Shown here in pieces: positions 1 to 12,899 of a stretch of 64,000 nucleotides of DNA (positions within the stretch are counted from its first letter, which is position 1; every line of letters starts with the position of its first letter). The DNA lies in contig OX597821.1 in NCBI GenBank assembly GCA_951406725.2, forward strand, positions 67,580,001-67,644,000, read 5' to 3'. The notes under the pieces were generated by a model. It saw only the letters and a program-made list of their open reading frames with translations. It searched no databases and was not told the DNA's origin. The stretch comes from Octopus vulgaris (lineage: Eukaryota). The position numbers and the translations under genes are program-made.

Positions 1-221
1 TCGTGAGCCGTTGTGTATATATATATGTACATATATCGTTCAATTCGCCTCAACTGATCAATAGACCAATTGAGGAAAATCATATTTTATTTACCTATAA
101 TGAGTAGTGGAAACGGCTGTAAGCCAAATTTTGCCCCAATAAAGGAATAATATGTAATGAGTATTATTTTTAACTAGTTTCTTACATACATACATGCATA
201 AATACATATTGACCGGCTGAT

Positions 222-370
222 TCTTACATTACAAGTCCAATCTGTGAGTGAAACTGTAAAAATATGCAAGACTTTACTCAAGTTCCAAATGTGAATTTGT
301 CTCTGTTAACTAGATCCCAAAGATGGAACATTCTATATATGTTGGAAACCGGTCCCCCCTTGAAGATTTA
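222..370 (+). mobile_element. 3' remnant of an R4/Dong-like (RLE) non-LTR retrotransposon
   Basis: Translates ...LTLQVQSVSETVKICKTLLKFQM*, resembling the C-terminus of the element at 41.0-41.3 kb (LQIQYITGTINICKNFQKFII*). Confidence 0.45.
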
Positions 371-429
371 TAATAATTAAAAAATAGAAGAGGCATACAT
401 CATACATACATACATACATGCATACATGT

Positions 430-762
430 TATTTTGCTGCTATATTTAAAGATTTCTTGCCAATAGAAAAAGAGCCGGCTTTAGACCTAGATCCAAGGCT
501 GCTTCATTGGAATTTTAATATCAACATGGTAATTTTGTATGCATGTATACGTGCAGATTTGTATGTTTTGTTTTATGTATTCTCATGCATATAGTTGCAT
601 AACCAGACATGCTCATATATATTTGATAAACTTCTGAAAAGTTTTACAGATTTTTTACAGTTCCAGTGATGGATTGGATCTGTAGTCTTCGAATTAGCTT
701 TCTCCTTTCTGGTTTTGAGAAGTCTAATTTCTCAACATTGGTATTTAGGCAGTGTTACATAT
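430..762 (-). mobile_element. 3' fragment of R4/Dong-like LINE (same family as 40995-41370)
   Basis: Reverse complement of about 545-757 aligns by eye to about 41150-41360 (taacactgcctaaatacca...cagaagtttatca); flanked by (CATA)n/(TATG)n. Confidence 0.7.
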
Positions 763-886
763 GTCATTGTATGTATGTATGCATGTATGTATGTATGTAT
801 GTATATATATATGTATGTATGTATGTATGTATGAGAGAGAGAGAGAGAGAATGTGTGTGTAAGACAGAGTCAGTGTACGTATACAC

Positions 887-1090
887 TGGTTTCATATTTT
901 GGCACAAGTCCAGTAATTTGGGGGAGGGGCTAAGTCAATTGCATCGACTCCAGTATTCAACTGGTATTTATTTATATCGACCCCCGAGAGGATGAAAAGT
1001 GAAGTCAATTTTGGTGGAATTTGAACTCAGAACGTAAAGACGAGCGAAATGACGCTAAGCTTGCTAACGATTCTGCCAGCTCACCGCCTT
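887..1090 (-). mobile_element. SINE family B (tRNA-like head, Meta-domain-like centre), diverged
   Basis: Reverse complement reads aaggcggtgagctggcagaatcgttagc...gagttcaaattcc (pol III B box)...ttcatcctctcgggggtcgata. Confidence 0.8.
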
Positions 1091-1235
1091 TGTGTGCGTA
1101 TATATTAATTTCAATAACTGTGCATGCAATCATGCGTAAGTGTGTGTGTGTTTGGAAGCAGTAATGCGTGTCTATATGTATATGTACACATGTAAATTTG
1201 TATAAGTGTACATATGTCTGACAATTCGTGTGTAC

Positions 1236-1285
<50 letters not shown>

Positions 1286-1319
1286 TCATATGTACTTTTC
1301 ATAAAATTATATATATATA

Positions 1320-1759
1320 CTAGCAGCATAGCCCGGCGTTGCCCGGGTATGTAAGGGCCCCTAGTAGGCAACGACTAATCCCAATCTAGTCCTTTCCCTC
1401 TAGGGAACGAAGGCGCATATGTAGGTTGCAATGTCTTCTCTTCACTCGAATACTTCTGTGTATACGATGTTCCTAGCTGTCCCTTTGGGCGATAAAAAGG
1501 TCGAGTTGTGTCCCCTAGATAGAAAATGTTTTGCATATAAAAAGCTTAGATTCTCGACCCCATGTCGAATTTATCGATTTTCTTCAGAACTGGGGGAACT
1601 TTTCAAAATTTTCGGTGCGTTAGTTTTGAATTATGACATTGGGCTATGTGTGTGTCAAGTTTCATCAGAATCGGTTGAAAGCCGTGGTCAGGGTGAGGGT
1701 ACAACCTGACAGACACACAGACGCACAGACAGACAAACTGCCGTTTATATATAGAGAGA
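1320..1759 (-). mobile_element. Non-autonomous Helitron
   Basis: Minus strand starts A|TCTCTCTATATATAAA and ends cccgggcaacgccggg hairpin + CTAG|T; inserted in an AT dinucleotide with no TSD; ends resemble 48698-49105. Confidence 0.85.
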
Positions 1760-2624
1760 TATATACATGTTTTTTATAAAATTATATATATACACGTTTT
1801 TATAAAATTATTTTTTGCATTTTCTATCTTGACTTTTTTCCGTATACATATATATATATATATATACACATACATGTGTGTGTGTATTTCAGCGGAGGAG
1901 GCGTATGGAGGAATATGTATATTAAGTATGTAATATATTTTGTGTTTAAGTAGTTTAATCTTAATCCTTTTATCATACTTGTTAATGCCCAAAACGAGGT
2001 CTTTGTTTTACGTTATTATCAATTTTAATGTTGTGGTTGTTGATGCTGTTGTTGTTGTTGTTGTTGTTGTTTTAGTTATTCTAGATATTTGTGTGTTCCT
2101 TGATGATGCTCTAGATTTCTTGCTGTTTCTTTATTTATCAATTCAGTGTTTGTTTGCTTGCTTGTTTACGGTCCCTCTAGGGTTTTGCAACCTCGTTGTT
2201 TATTTAAGCAGTTTAATGAACATGTAGAGATATTTACAGTAGCAAAGATTTCAGTTGCTTATTGGTGATGGTGATAATGGTAGTTGGTGTTGGTGTTTGA
2301 TGTGCTAGTTGTATCTATAAAAGCAGAGGACACAGCGGCACGTCTTTAAGAGTAGTTGTGATGATGATAGCGCTAATGGCCGTATTGATGAAGCTGATAA
2401 GGATTAGGTTGTCGAGGAAAGCGTTTAAACGAGCTGTTTTCTTTTTTTGTATATCAAAGTATTTCAATGGATTCTTGTACAGCAATCAACGTCAGAATAA
2501 TCTTCAAACACAAATATACAAAGATATACATACATACAAATATTTCTTTTTTAAAAATGGCTACGCACGACACATACAAATAGATAAATAATTTCACACG
2601 CCGGTATAATAGAAATATATTTGC

Positions 2625-2790
2625 AGGCGCAGGCGTGACTGTGTGTTAAGAAGCTTGCTTTACAACCACATTGCTCCGAGCTCAGACCCACTGCGTGGCA
2701 CCTTGGGCAATAGTTTTCTACTATGATCTCACGCCGACCAAAGCCTTAATAGCGCAGTTGGTCGGCGGAAACTGAAGGAAGCCAGTCTAT
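2625..2790 (+). mobile_element. SINE family A, 5' half
   Basis: aggcgcaggcgtgactgtgtg...ggcaccttgggcaa...ggaaactgaaggaagcc matches the many family-A copies. Confidence 0.8.
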
Positions 2791-2793
2791 ATG

Positions 2794-2879
<86 letters not shown>

Positions 2880-3199
2880 CCCTTACACCCACACCCACAT
2901 ACCCCATCTCTACGCCCACCCTCCAACTATCCCCTCCCCACCTCTACCCCCATCCTCAGCCTAACCCACACCACACCCTTGCTTTCCCCAATCCCGCCCC
3001 CTACCTCCAAACACCATCACACCACACCACACACCACTACACCTTACACCATCATACCACACAACACATCACATCAGAACACACCACCACGCACACATCA
3101 GCACTGACCACTTCCCAGACCCACATTTTCACGCCTACACATACACACACGCACACGTCAAGGTCACCAGCCCTCTTCCACACGAACATACAAACTCTC

Positions 3200-3478
3200 T
3201 TAAAATACACGCACGCGCACCTTCGTTTTGGGATCACCACCACCTTGTTATCTCCCCTTCTCCCTAGCTCTCCTGCGTGACCCTTCTGTCCGGCCTTCGC
3301 CATGATAGATCACAAGCCACTAACATTCTTTATTTTCTCTCCTTGTTTCTTTCTGTGGAAGAGCGTAGGCTCGAAACGTTAAAGGCTTTTTCACTTCCCG
3401 AGCGTTATACTAATACTAATCTGTTTGTTGTCTACACCACCTGTCTTCGTCTTATTTTTTGTGAATACTTCTCCTATT
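3200..3478 (+). mobile_element. Penelope-type 3' end/short element with degenerate hammerhead-like motif
   Basis: tcttt-CTGTGGA-a-GAGC-gtag-GCTC-GAAA-cg-TT-aaagg at about 3348-3385; related copy at 13540-13690; ends in (TA)n. Confidence 0.55.
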
Positions 3479-4199
3479 GATATATATATATATATAGGAG
3501 GAGAATTGACAGCCGGTGTTCGTGCGTATACTCCCATAGAATAAGCATTAGGCTTTAAAAAGTAGTATTGTAGTCGATTCCGTCGACAAAAACTTTTGAG
3601 GAATTGCCCTAGCATGGTTGCAATCTAATGACTGAAACTAGTAAAATAGGAAAGGTGTAGAACATACGTGTTCCTACATGAATGTGTGCAAGTATATTTG
3701 AATTAGACAAATACGACTTCAGTGTATTTTTTTCTTTTATGAGTAGTCTTCTGAAATTTTGTACATCTTTGGTAGAACAGGAAAACATTGAGAAGGCGCT
3801 CCTCAGTGAAGCTGAACTCCATGACCGATCCATCTAAATTCCTTAATAAATTGGATCAGAAAAAGTTTCCATGTCGGAAATGCAATATTTTTTTGCAAAA
3901 AAAAATATAATAAATGAAAGAAAACTGATAACACTTACTCTAGACTTCCACATGTCAAATTCGAATGTAACGATAGGAAACGCTCATAGAAAATATTTCA
4001 AGTTTCCATATGACATTTATAAGAATACATAAAGCTGTATAGAATGGAAATGAGTTCGACTGGCGACAAATTTTTGTTTCTAAAGTCAGACCAATTTCTT
4101 TCAAGACACGACACTTTAACACGCACACACACACACACACACACACATACACATACACACATACATGCAGATGTATATACATATACGTATATAGATAAA

Positions 4200-4361
4200 A
4201 GCGTAAGAGGGGCTGTGTGGTAAGCAGCTTGCTTACCCACCACATGGTTCCGGGTTCAGTCTCACCGCGTGGCACCTTGGGCAAGTGTCTTCTGCTATAG
4301 CCTCGGGCCGACCAAAGCATTGTGAGGGGATTTGGTAGACGGAAACTGAAAGAAGCTCATC

Positions 4362-4419
<58 letters not shown>

Positions 4420-4655
4420 GTGATTGTGTATGTGTCTGTGTTTGTGTGTCTGTGTTTGTCCTCCCAACATCGATTGACAACCGATGCTGGCGTGTTTACG
4501 TCTCCGTAACTTAGCGGTTCGGCAAAAGAAACCGATAGAATTAGTACTAGGCTTACAAAGAATAAGTCTCGGGGTCGACTTGCTCGACTAAAGGAGGTGC
4601 TCCAGCATGATCACAGTCAAATGACTGAAACAATTAAAAGAGTAAGAGTAAAGAG
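4200..4655 (+). mobile_element. SINE family A, full length (tRNA head, CORE-like box, internal (TG)n, 3' tail)
   Basis: B box ggttcagtc; ccttgggcaagtgtctt resembles the CORE-SINE box; tail cagtcaaatgactgaaac...aaaagagt. Confidence 0.9.
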
Positions 4656-4666
4656 TGTATACGCAT

Positions 4667-5136
4667 TGGTTTCAAATTTTGGCACAAGGAAAGCAATTTA
4701 TGAGGAAGAGTAAGTCGATTAGATTGATTCAGAGTTCAGCTGGTGCTTATTTTATCGATCCTGAAAGGTTTAAAAGTAGCACTGACCCCGGCAGAATTTG
4801 AAGTCAGAATGTGAAAAACGGACGAAATGCCGCTAGACATTTTACCCGGGCTTCTATCGATTCTGCCAGATTGCCGTCTTAATACATAGATATTAGTATA
4901 TATATATTGGTTTCAAATATTGGAACCAGGCCAGCACTTGGGGGGGGGCGGGCTAAGTCAATTACATCGACTCATAGTGCTCATCTGGTACTTAATTTAT
5001 CGATCCCGGATCGATAAATTAGTCGATAAAATAAAGTCGACCTCGGTAGAATTTAAAGTCGGAACGTGAAGAGACGGTAGAAATGTCGTTGAGCATTTAG
5101 CCCGGCGTGTTTACGATTCTGCCAGCTTGCCACTTT
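4667..5136 (-). mobile_element. Two tandem diverged SINE-B copies
   Basis: Units 4667-4880 and 4907-5136, each attggtttcaaat...ttctgccag..tgcc followed by ttaatac..a.atatta. Confidence 0.8.
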
Positions 5137-5724
5137 AATACTTACATATTAATATACGTATTAACACTTATAATTATATTTATATAGTTTATGTGCGTAA
5201 ATATGTTTGTATAATGTCGTTGCCTCTGTCAGCACATCGGTCCACCTCGTTTCCGAATACTTTTCTTCAGTTCAACGCATTCTTCTTCGGTTATTTATAT
5301 TTCTCACCTTTGCATCCAGGCTACCGTTCTTTCTACCCTTTCCCGTATCCGTCGTGCTAAATCACCAACACCTCTACACGTTTATTTGCACACTACCCTT
5401 CGTTTAATGTATTCTCTCACTCAATCAACAGCTCACTCATCAGGTCTTTGATTTCCTCAAACACATACATATATACAATATACATCTCTATAAATAATAT
5501 ATTATACCTTTTTGGAATCAGAATGATCCCAGGATTGAAAATCTGTCCGTCATTTGGTTCTTGAACATCCAGCATTAGGATCTGATTTAAAAGCATTTGG
5601 GTTGCTATTTCTAGCAGATAAAGCAACCGTGAGAGGTTTCAAAGAGCATACCATTACTGACGTAGGTGAACAAGAGTTACCTCACTTAGTTTAAAGTTTT
5701 ACTTAGGAATTTAGTGGGCCTTTT

Positions 5725-6268
5725 ATTGTTTTCAGTCATATGACTGCGGCCAGGCTGGGGCATCGACTTGAAGAATTTTGATCAAGCAAATTGACACCAG
5801 TTCATTCTTTTTAATGCTTAGTACATTTTATTGACCTCTTTTACAGAACTGCTAAGTTACATGAACGAGGAATGGCTGTGTGGTACCAACCACATGGTTC
5901 CAGGTTCATTCCCACTGCATGGCACCTTGGACAAGTGTCTTCTACTATAGCTTCGAGCCGACCAAAGCCTTGTGAGTGGATTTGGTAGACGGAAACTGAA
6001 AGAAGCCTGTCGTATATATGTATATATATATGCAATGGAAGAAGACTGATTGTCAGGTAAATGCATCCACATCATTTGGAAGCAAAAATCCTCACTGGGC
6101 ATGGAAATGGAGAAATTTGTGGTAAGTAGCGTGTATACCAACCACATGGTTCTGGGTTCAGTCCCACTGCGTGGCACCTTCGGCAAATGTCTTCTACTCT
6201 AGACCCGGACCAACCAAAGCCTTCTGAGTGGATTTGGTAGACGGAAACTGAAAGAAGCCCATCGTATA
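5725..6268. mobile_element. Cluster of SINE-A fragments (3' tail on minus 5725-5865; heads on plus 5872-6020 and 6118-6268)
   Basis: Direct similarity to 4200-4655. Confidence 0.8.
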
Positions 6269-6452
6269 TATATTCCACCTTCCCTAACTTGATAACAACT
6301 TAACCTCATTCCCTGTTCCTTGTCTACTACTCCTCGCAACTAGCTCTTCTTTCCTTTCATCACATGTATATACTACCCAACCAACACTAAGCCACCTCTC
6401 CTACCATAGAATTCCTTTATACATTCGATCATCTCACCTAGAAATAACCAAG

Positions 6453-6511
<59 letters not shown>

Positions 6512-6904
6512 AACACACACACATACACAACTGTCACGCTTTATTACTGTTACTATTCCATCTCATATCCACCCCTCCGAACCGCTCGCTCTTTAGTAGG
6601 TGTCTCTGCTTCATATCATTCGTTTATAAACGAAGAACTCTCCCAGACGGTATTGTTATTAAAGTCATTTATAGATTTTTAGACATGGATACGGTTTAAC
6701 AAGTAGGACCAGAATGAATCCTACATCGTAAAATACTCCAAGTTTCTCATTCCTCATACCCAACTGACTGTTTAAAGAATGTTTAATGGTCGTTATTTAT
6801 ATGTATCATTTGGCTCATTTAGTCCCATTGGAAGCAAGTGTACGGGAAATTCTGGGTATCACGATTGATTTCTTTGAATGTGTAAGACAACAAAAATATT
6901 TCTT

Positions 6905-7130
6905 TTATATTTTACTTGTTTCAGTCATTAAACTGCAGCCGTACTGGGGCACCGTCTTGAAGAATTTAGTCAAATAGATAGACCCAAGTACATATTTCTA
7001 AATCTAGTATTTATACTACCGGTTTCTTTGCGGATCTGCTTAGTTACAGGTACGTAAAAAATACAACACCGGTTGTTGTGTAATGATGGAAGATGATCAC
7101 AAGACACACATACACACACACACACACACA
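6905..7130 (-). mobile_element. SINE-A 3' half, diverged
   Basis: ttttacttgtttcagtcatt...ctgcttagttac...(CA)n. Confidence 0.7.
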
Positions 7131-7909
7131 TTTGCTGGAGGTCCGCCGTTAGTCATTGACTGTTTTATTCAGAACAAAATACCTTTGACGGTAACTAAGG
7201 TAGCTGGCATCGTCCCCCACCCAATCAAACTGCTGCGCTGGGCCTCCCCGTGAAGTACCGAGCAATGCACAAGAATGTAGCGAGCATCGTAGACGAAGAG
7301 GTTGCCCCAAATTAGTAGCAAACTTGCAACACGCAACTGTCGTCTGATGGTACAGACCTACCGTTTGGCCGCAATAACTTCCACGCCGTTGATCTAAGAC
7401 TCCAAATTCTTGTTGCCAACGTCATCACCATATTCCTGGCATGGGAGTGTAAGTGGTTACTTGCACGGCCCAAGGTGCCATCCCAGTCTACAGATAGGAT
7501 GAGCGACTTACTCTCCCTTCTACAGTCTGCCACTGATGCTGGTGCGGTGAAGTACATACAGCGAGCTTCCTTGGAGTTTTCTGCAGTCACATTCACCTAC
7601 AGGTATGACCAGCCTGGAGTTTTAGTAGAAGACATGTGTCCAAGGTGCCAAGCACTGGGTCTGCACTCGATATCACATGATTGCAAGTGAGGTTCTCTAC
7701 CACACCGCCATATATGTGCTTACTACACATCCATATATATGAGGTTCTATACCACACAACCATATATGTTACTACACAACATTCAGGGAAATAAACATCA
7801 GCCAAGTGACTTGATCTGCGACCAGAGGTTATTTTGGAACTGTCACTAACCATGCCGCGGTGGAGCGACATAAGTTTTCACATCTCACATAAAAACTAAA
7901 AAGTGAATA

Positions 7910-8129
7910 TACAAGGGGTTACTGAAAGTTCAGTCTACAAGGATATCCTGAAAGGCCTGGTTGAATTTCCAACCGTCAGAGTTCTTTTAAAGAGCTTAGA
8001 AAAACTGAAGGACTTCTGCAATAAGTGTGTTGATATGAGAGCGGAATCTGTTGAATAAAATCATAATTAACTGATCCTCCAGTATTTTATTTTACCCAAA
8101 GTCAGGAATTTTTTCGAAACCCGTTTGTA
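7910..8129 (+). mobile_element. Mariner-derived MITE (about 220 bp)
   Basis: TA-flanked imperfect TIRs; interior translates KAWLNFQPSEFF*KSLEKLKDFCNKCVDMRAESVE*, like a mariner transposase C-terminus; relatives at 22091 and 48295. Confidence 0.7.
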
Positions 8130-8149
8130 ACGGCTCCTGTTTAGTTTAG

Positions 8150-8244
8150 CTGGCAAAAGTTGATCTTCAATGATGTAATTACCTCTTTCTTCTCACAAAT
8201 TATTTGGGAAACCGATGTCCGATGGACTTGGAAAATTATACGAG
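8150..8244 (+). other. Weak candidate exon of an unidentified host gene
   Basis: tttag| acceptor and GAG|gttagt donor; open as WQKLIFNDVITSFFSQIIWETDVRWTWKIIR or, from an internal ATG, MSDGLGKLYE; unique non-repeat sequence; no recognised homology. Confidence 0.25.
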
Positions 8245-9627
8245 GTTAGTAGAATGAATAAAGCAAATATATATGTGACTCTATGTATATGTATATGTAC
8301 TTATATCTAAATAAATGTATTCATGCATGTCGTTTTATATGTTTGCAAATGGACTTGCATTTTTGTACGTACGCGTTTCGTGTAATAAGTGTAAACTCTG
8401 AAATATATATTTGTGTAAGTGAAGAACTTTCTAATGAATAAATGTTTATACAGAAGCATCCTTGCATCCATAAAACATTTGTTCTTATATTCTATTATTG
8501 TCTCTCCCGCATCATCCCAGTACTCCGTTACTTTTCATGAGAGAAACTTCCTTCTCCCCTTCCAGCCCTTTTTTTCTGTTATTCTATATTACATTTTTTT
8601 AAAGCTAACACTTAATCCTATTTTAATCTCCAACTTTTACCAATTTCCCCACTTCCCGTCTTTATAACTCACCACAACCCTTCAAACAATGCATGCCAAC
8701 ACTCAACCACTTCTTGGCCATTGTCGGGTCCCACCAACATAAAATTCACAAAAACAAGCTTTTATAACAATTTCTTTGTAATTTCACAACACACTCAAGA
8801 AACTCCCCCACATTCACAAACCAAACCACCTTAGTTTCAATATATACATTATATGTATTGTTAAGTATATATATTGTTAAAATTATTTCTTGCTGCCAGA
8901 GACAAATATAGCCTGATATACGAGATAAGTTTTATTTTTTTGTTCATTCTATCATTTACATTCACCGACAAACAAAACAATTTTAGAGTAATTTATAGGA
9001 GGATATTATTCATCGTTTCTTTTATTAATCTTTATAAGTATGTGTATTTTTGTAAATTTATAACTGAACGCTTTTTACATAATTTTTTTCTTTGTGATAT
9101 ATAAAAAAGTTAGTCTATAGAAATGTTTACAAATTTTTTATTCATCGTTGAATACCCGTTTTGAGATCATTTACTTTTCAACCAACTTCATTTCAGTAGA
9201 AACTGAAAAATTCAAAAAAAAAAAAAATACACAAAAAAACTTCAAACATTCATTACACAGTAGACTAAAGAGGACCAAGAACTAGAACTCAGATTAGCAA
9301 TACAAACTAAGGATTAAATAGTGTTCTGAACTATTCCTCAATATTAAGCAATTTGGCGTTGTTGCATTTCAAACTACAGTAATGTTGTCAGTCCATAATA
9401 GAAGCGTATCTATATGTAAGTGTGTGTGAGGAGATGAATGTGCGTGTCTCTATACATATGTGTTGCGTCTATGTACATGTGTAAGTGTATGTGTATGTGA
9501 GTGTGTGTGTGTGTGTGTGTTTGTAAAGTTTATTAAACATCAACCGCCTTAATTTGCCTGATGACACATAATTTGCCAAAGTTGCCAAAGGGGCTGATTC
9601 TATTGACATTAAAATGTTGTACACAGG

Positions 9628-9646
9628 CACACACATACACACACAA

Positions 9647-9679
<33 letters not shown>

Positions 9680-9735
9680 TGTGTGTGTGTGTGTATGTAT
9701 ATGTATGTATATATATATATATATATATGTATGCA

Positions 9736-9806
<71 letters not shown>

Positions 9807-9816
9807 ATAAATATAG

Positions 9817-9884
<68 letters not shown>

Positions 9885-9894
9885 ATAAATATAG

Positions 9895-9950
<56 letters not shown>
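9628..9950. repeat. Compound (CA)/(CATA)/(TG)/(TA) microsatellite with a duplicated spacer
   Basis: (tg)n-tataaatatagatataca-(ta)n occurs twice. Confidence 0.95.
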
Positions 9951-9951
<1 letters not shown>

Positions 9952-10016
9952 CATAACTGTCCTGAAAACTCCTCACTGCCTTGTCTTTGTTATCACATTT
10001 TTCTAATATATATATA

Positions 10017-10210
10017 TTGGGTCACCCCATAAATAATGCAGTGTTTTCAATTGCATGAGCTAAAAGCCGGAGGGGGACGGGATAAACTACCTGCATCAAC
10101 TTGCTATGACAGCAGGTAGTAATTTTACTTTGTCTTTATTCTTAGAGCAGGTTTTGAAGAGTGCAGTTAGATTTTAACAGTTATTTTTCAAAGCTATCAT
10201 AGAAGTGACA
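10017..10210 (+). mobile_element. 5' end of a mariner-like element
   Basis: TA|ttgggtcaccccataaataatgc resembles mariner TIR starts; no partner TIR seen. Confidence 0.4.
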
Positions 10211-10463
10211 TTGTGACCAGCGATGTGTAGCAACATGTGATCGCCTGGTCGGTCACGGTGATCACGGTGATATATATACAGATAGAGAGAAAGAGAGAGA
10301 GAGAGAGAAGCATATATAATATGTTTATATGTAGAGAGGTAGATTGACACACATACACACACACACAAATGTGTGAAAGAGCTCGCGCGCTAGCGAGAAG
10401 CTATGACTAAAACAAGTTCCCATGAAAGAATATTTCAACAATCATGTACGCGCGTTTGTGCCT

Positions 10464-10526
<63 letters not shown>

Positions 10527-11177
10527 AGTGCGTGTGTGTGTATGAATATGAGCATTAACTACCGTTATATCTGTAAGTCTGTATGAGCGGGTGCAAGCAA
10601 CGTATGATGGCGGCTCTTTCCTAGCAGTCAAAAGGTTCCTTATAAGAATAGGATATTTTGAATACGCGAGTTAAGCTTTTGCTGTGTTCGACATGGGGAC
10701 AATAAAGCCCTATATATAACAAAACTAATCGGTACACACAACGATGAAATATCTAAATACATTTTTTCCTGCTCCATAGAGCTGAATTTAAATTTGAATA
10801 TTCGCGTTTCAGTATAATTAAATGAAACAGGAATACGATGATATTTTTTACCTCTGTCATTTTTGTTTTAGAATTCGTTTGTTTCCATTTTTTCTCCTAC
10901 AAATTGATTTATTATGTTATAAAACCTCTAATTTATGTATGAAAAACACCGAAATAAATTTTGCACACTCGTATTTTGGAGTATTTTGTGTTAAAATACA
11001 GATACATTAATACCGCGGTAAATGAGTTAATTCTTTTCCAGAGAACACTTGTAAAGCGAAAACTCGTAAACATAAAATAAAACTCGTAAAAATTCGTAAG
11101 TCTGGGATCTCTTAAAGCGGGTCCTCGTAAAGTGAGGTATTACTGTATATTGACCTATACGATCGTATATAGTCTCT

Positions 11178-11565
11178 TTGTGTGGTAAGAAGCTTGCTTC
11201 CCAACCACATGGTTCCGGGTTCAGGCCCACTACGTGGTACCTTGGGCAAATGTCTTATACTTAGCCTCGAGCCGACCAAAGTCTTGTGAGAGGTTTTTGC
11301 AGACGGAAACTGAAAGAAGGCTCTCATATATATATATATATTTATGTGTGTGTGTGTATGTATTTGTGTTTCTGAGTTTCTCCCCACATCATCGCTTGGC
11401 AGCCGATATTGGTATGTTTACGTACCCGTAACTTAGCGGCTCGGCAATAGAGAGAGAATAGAATAAGTGATAAACTTACCGAGAATAAGTCCTGAGGTCG
11501 ATTCGTTCCACTAAAGGCGGGGCTCCAGCATGGCCACAGTCAAATGACTGAAACAAATAAGAGAA
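11178..11565 (+). mobile_element. SINE family A, near full length
   Basis: Similarity to 4200-4655 throughout. Confidence 0.9.
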
Positions 11566-11899
11566 TATATTTTTGTAAGTATATATATCATGAATATGTG
11601 TGCGCGTGTGTAGGTTCGTGTGTGTGCGTGTATGTGAGTGTGAATTATATTTGTATTTATGTTTTACATCCGCACAGATATTTATATATGTGTACGTGTG
11701 TGTGAGTGCCTGTGTGCGTTTGCGAGTGCGTGGGTGTGCGTGTGTGTGTGTGCGTCAAAAAGGACACAACAAATGGAAAATTTGACAAAACCATAATACA
11801 CGGAAAACTCGCAGCTGGTTCCTCATCTGTCAATGGCCAGGAGATCATAGTGGTTTCGCGCTTATATATAAATATAAATATACATACATATATATGTAT

Positions 11900-11988
11900 A
11901 TGTGGTTAGGACAGCGGACTCGCGGTCGTAGGATCGCGGTTTCGATTCCTAGACCGGGCGTTGCGAGTGTTTATTGAGTGAAAACACA
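11900..11988 (+). mobile_element. tRNA-derived head of a third SINE family
   Basis: tggttaggacagcggactcgcggtcgtaggatcgcggtttcgattcc: A/B-box-like, but no complete cloverleaf or acceptor stem. Confidence 0.6.
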
Positions 11989-12012
11989 CACACACATATA
12001 TATATAACACAA

Positions 12013-12388
12013 GTGTGGCTGTGTGCCAAGAAGCTAGCTTACCAATCACATGGGTCCGAGTCCTGTCCCACTGCGTGGCATCTTGGGCGAGTGTTTCTAC
12101 TATAGCCTCAGGGCGATCAAATCTTTGTGAATGGCTTTGGCAGACGGAAACTGCAAAAAGCCCTTCGTATGCATGTGTTTATCTTTGTGTGTGTGTGTGT
12201 GTCCGTGCTTGTCACCACACCACCATTTGACCACCGGTCTTGGTATGTTTATGTCCCCAGAACTTAGCGGCTCCGAATAAGTACTAAGTTTAAAACATTA
12301 AGCCCTGGAGTCGATTTGTTCGACTATATACCCTCCAAGGTTGTGCCCCAACATTGTCGTAGTCAGATGATTGAGACAAGTAAAAGAA
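12013..12388 (+). mobile_element. SINE family A, diverged
   Basis: Head, CORE-like box and tail all recognisable. Confidence 0.8.
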
Positions 12389-12429
12389 ATACATACATAC
12401 ACACACAATCACACACACACACACACACA

Positions 12430-12485
<56 letters not shown>

Positions 12486-12518
12486 AATATATATGTATAT
12501 AGGTGTACATACATATAT

Positions 12519-12573
<55 letters not shown>

Positions 12574-12606
12574 AATATATATGTATATAGGTGTACATAC
12601 ATATAT

Positions 12607-12651
<45 letters not shown>

Positions 12652-12669
12652 TATGTATGTATGTATATA

Positions 12670-12835
12670 TGGGAAAAAGTCAAGGTACAAAACGCTAAAT
12701 CAATTTTATAAAAAACATTTCAGTACCGGTTTCAGTCATTGAAACTTTTTCAACTCTGAGCATGGAAAACAATACAATTTTGGAAAATTTAAATGAAAAG
12801 TTTTTAAAAAGAATATTTGCATAGCATTCAAATAC
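12670..12835 (-). mobile_element. Short TA-embedded Penelope-type element with U3-A8 hammerhead-like motif
   Basis: Minus 12753-12721: TTGAAAA-AGTT-tcaat-GACT-GAAA-CCGG-TA-ctg; second copy at 22690-22836 (+), tail-only copy at about 1795-1845. Confidence 0.6.
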
Positions 12836-12842
12836 AAGGGGC

Positions 12843-12896
<54 letters not shown>

Positions 12897-12899
<3 letters not shown>

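Noticed and set aside
3775-3910. Open stretch NRKTLRRRSSVKLNSMTDPSKFLNKLDQKKFPCRKC
   Set aside because: No recognisable domain and no good donor; insufficient support
5245-5280. Minus-strand CTGAAGA...GAAAC hammerhead-like spacing
   Set aside because: No credible stem II or stem I pairing
11900-11970. Possible tRNA gene (also the heads of SINE A and B)
   Set aside because: A/B boxes present but no complete cloverleaf; continues into SINE body
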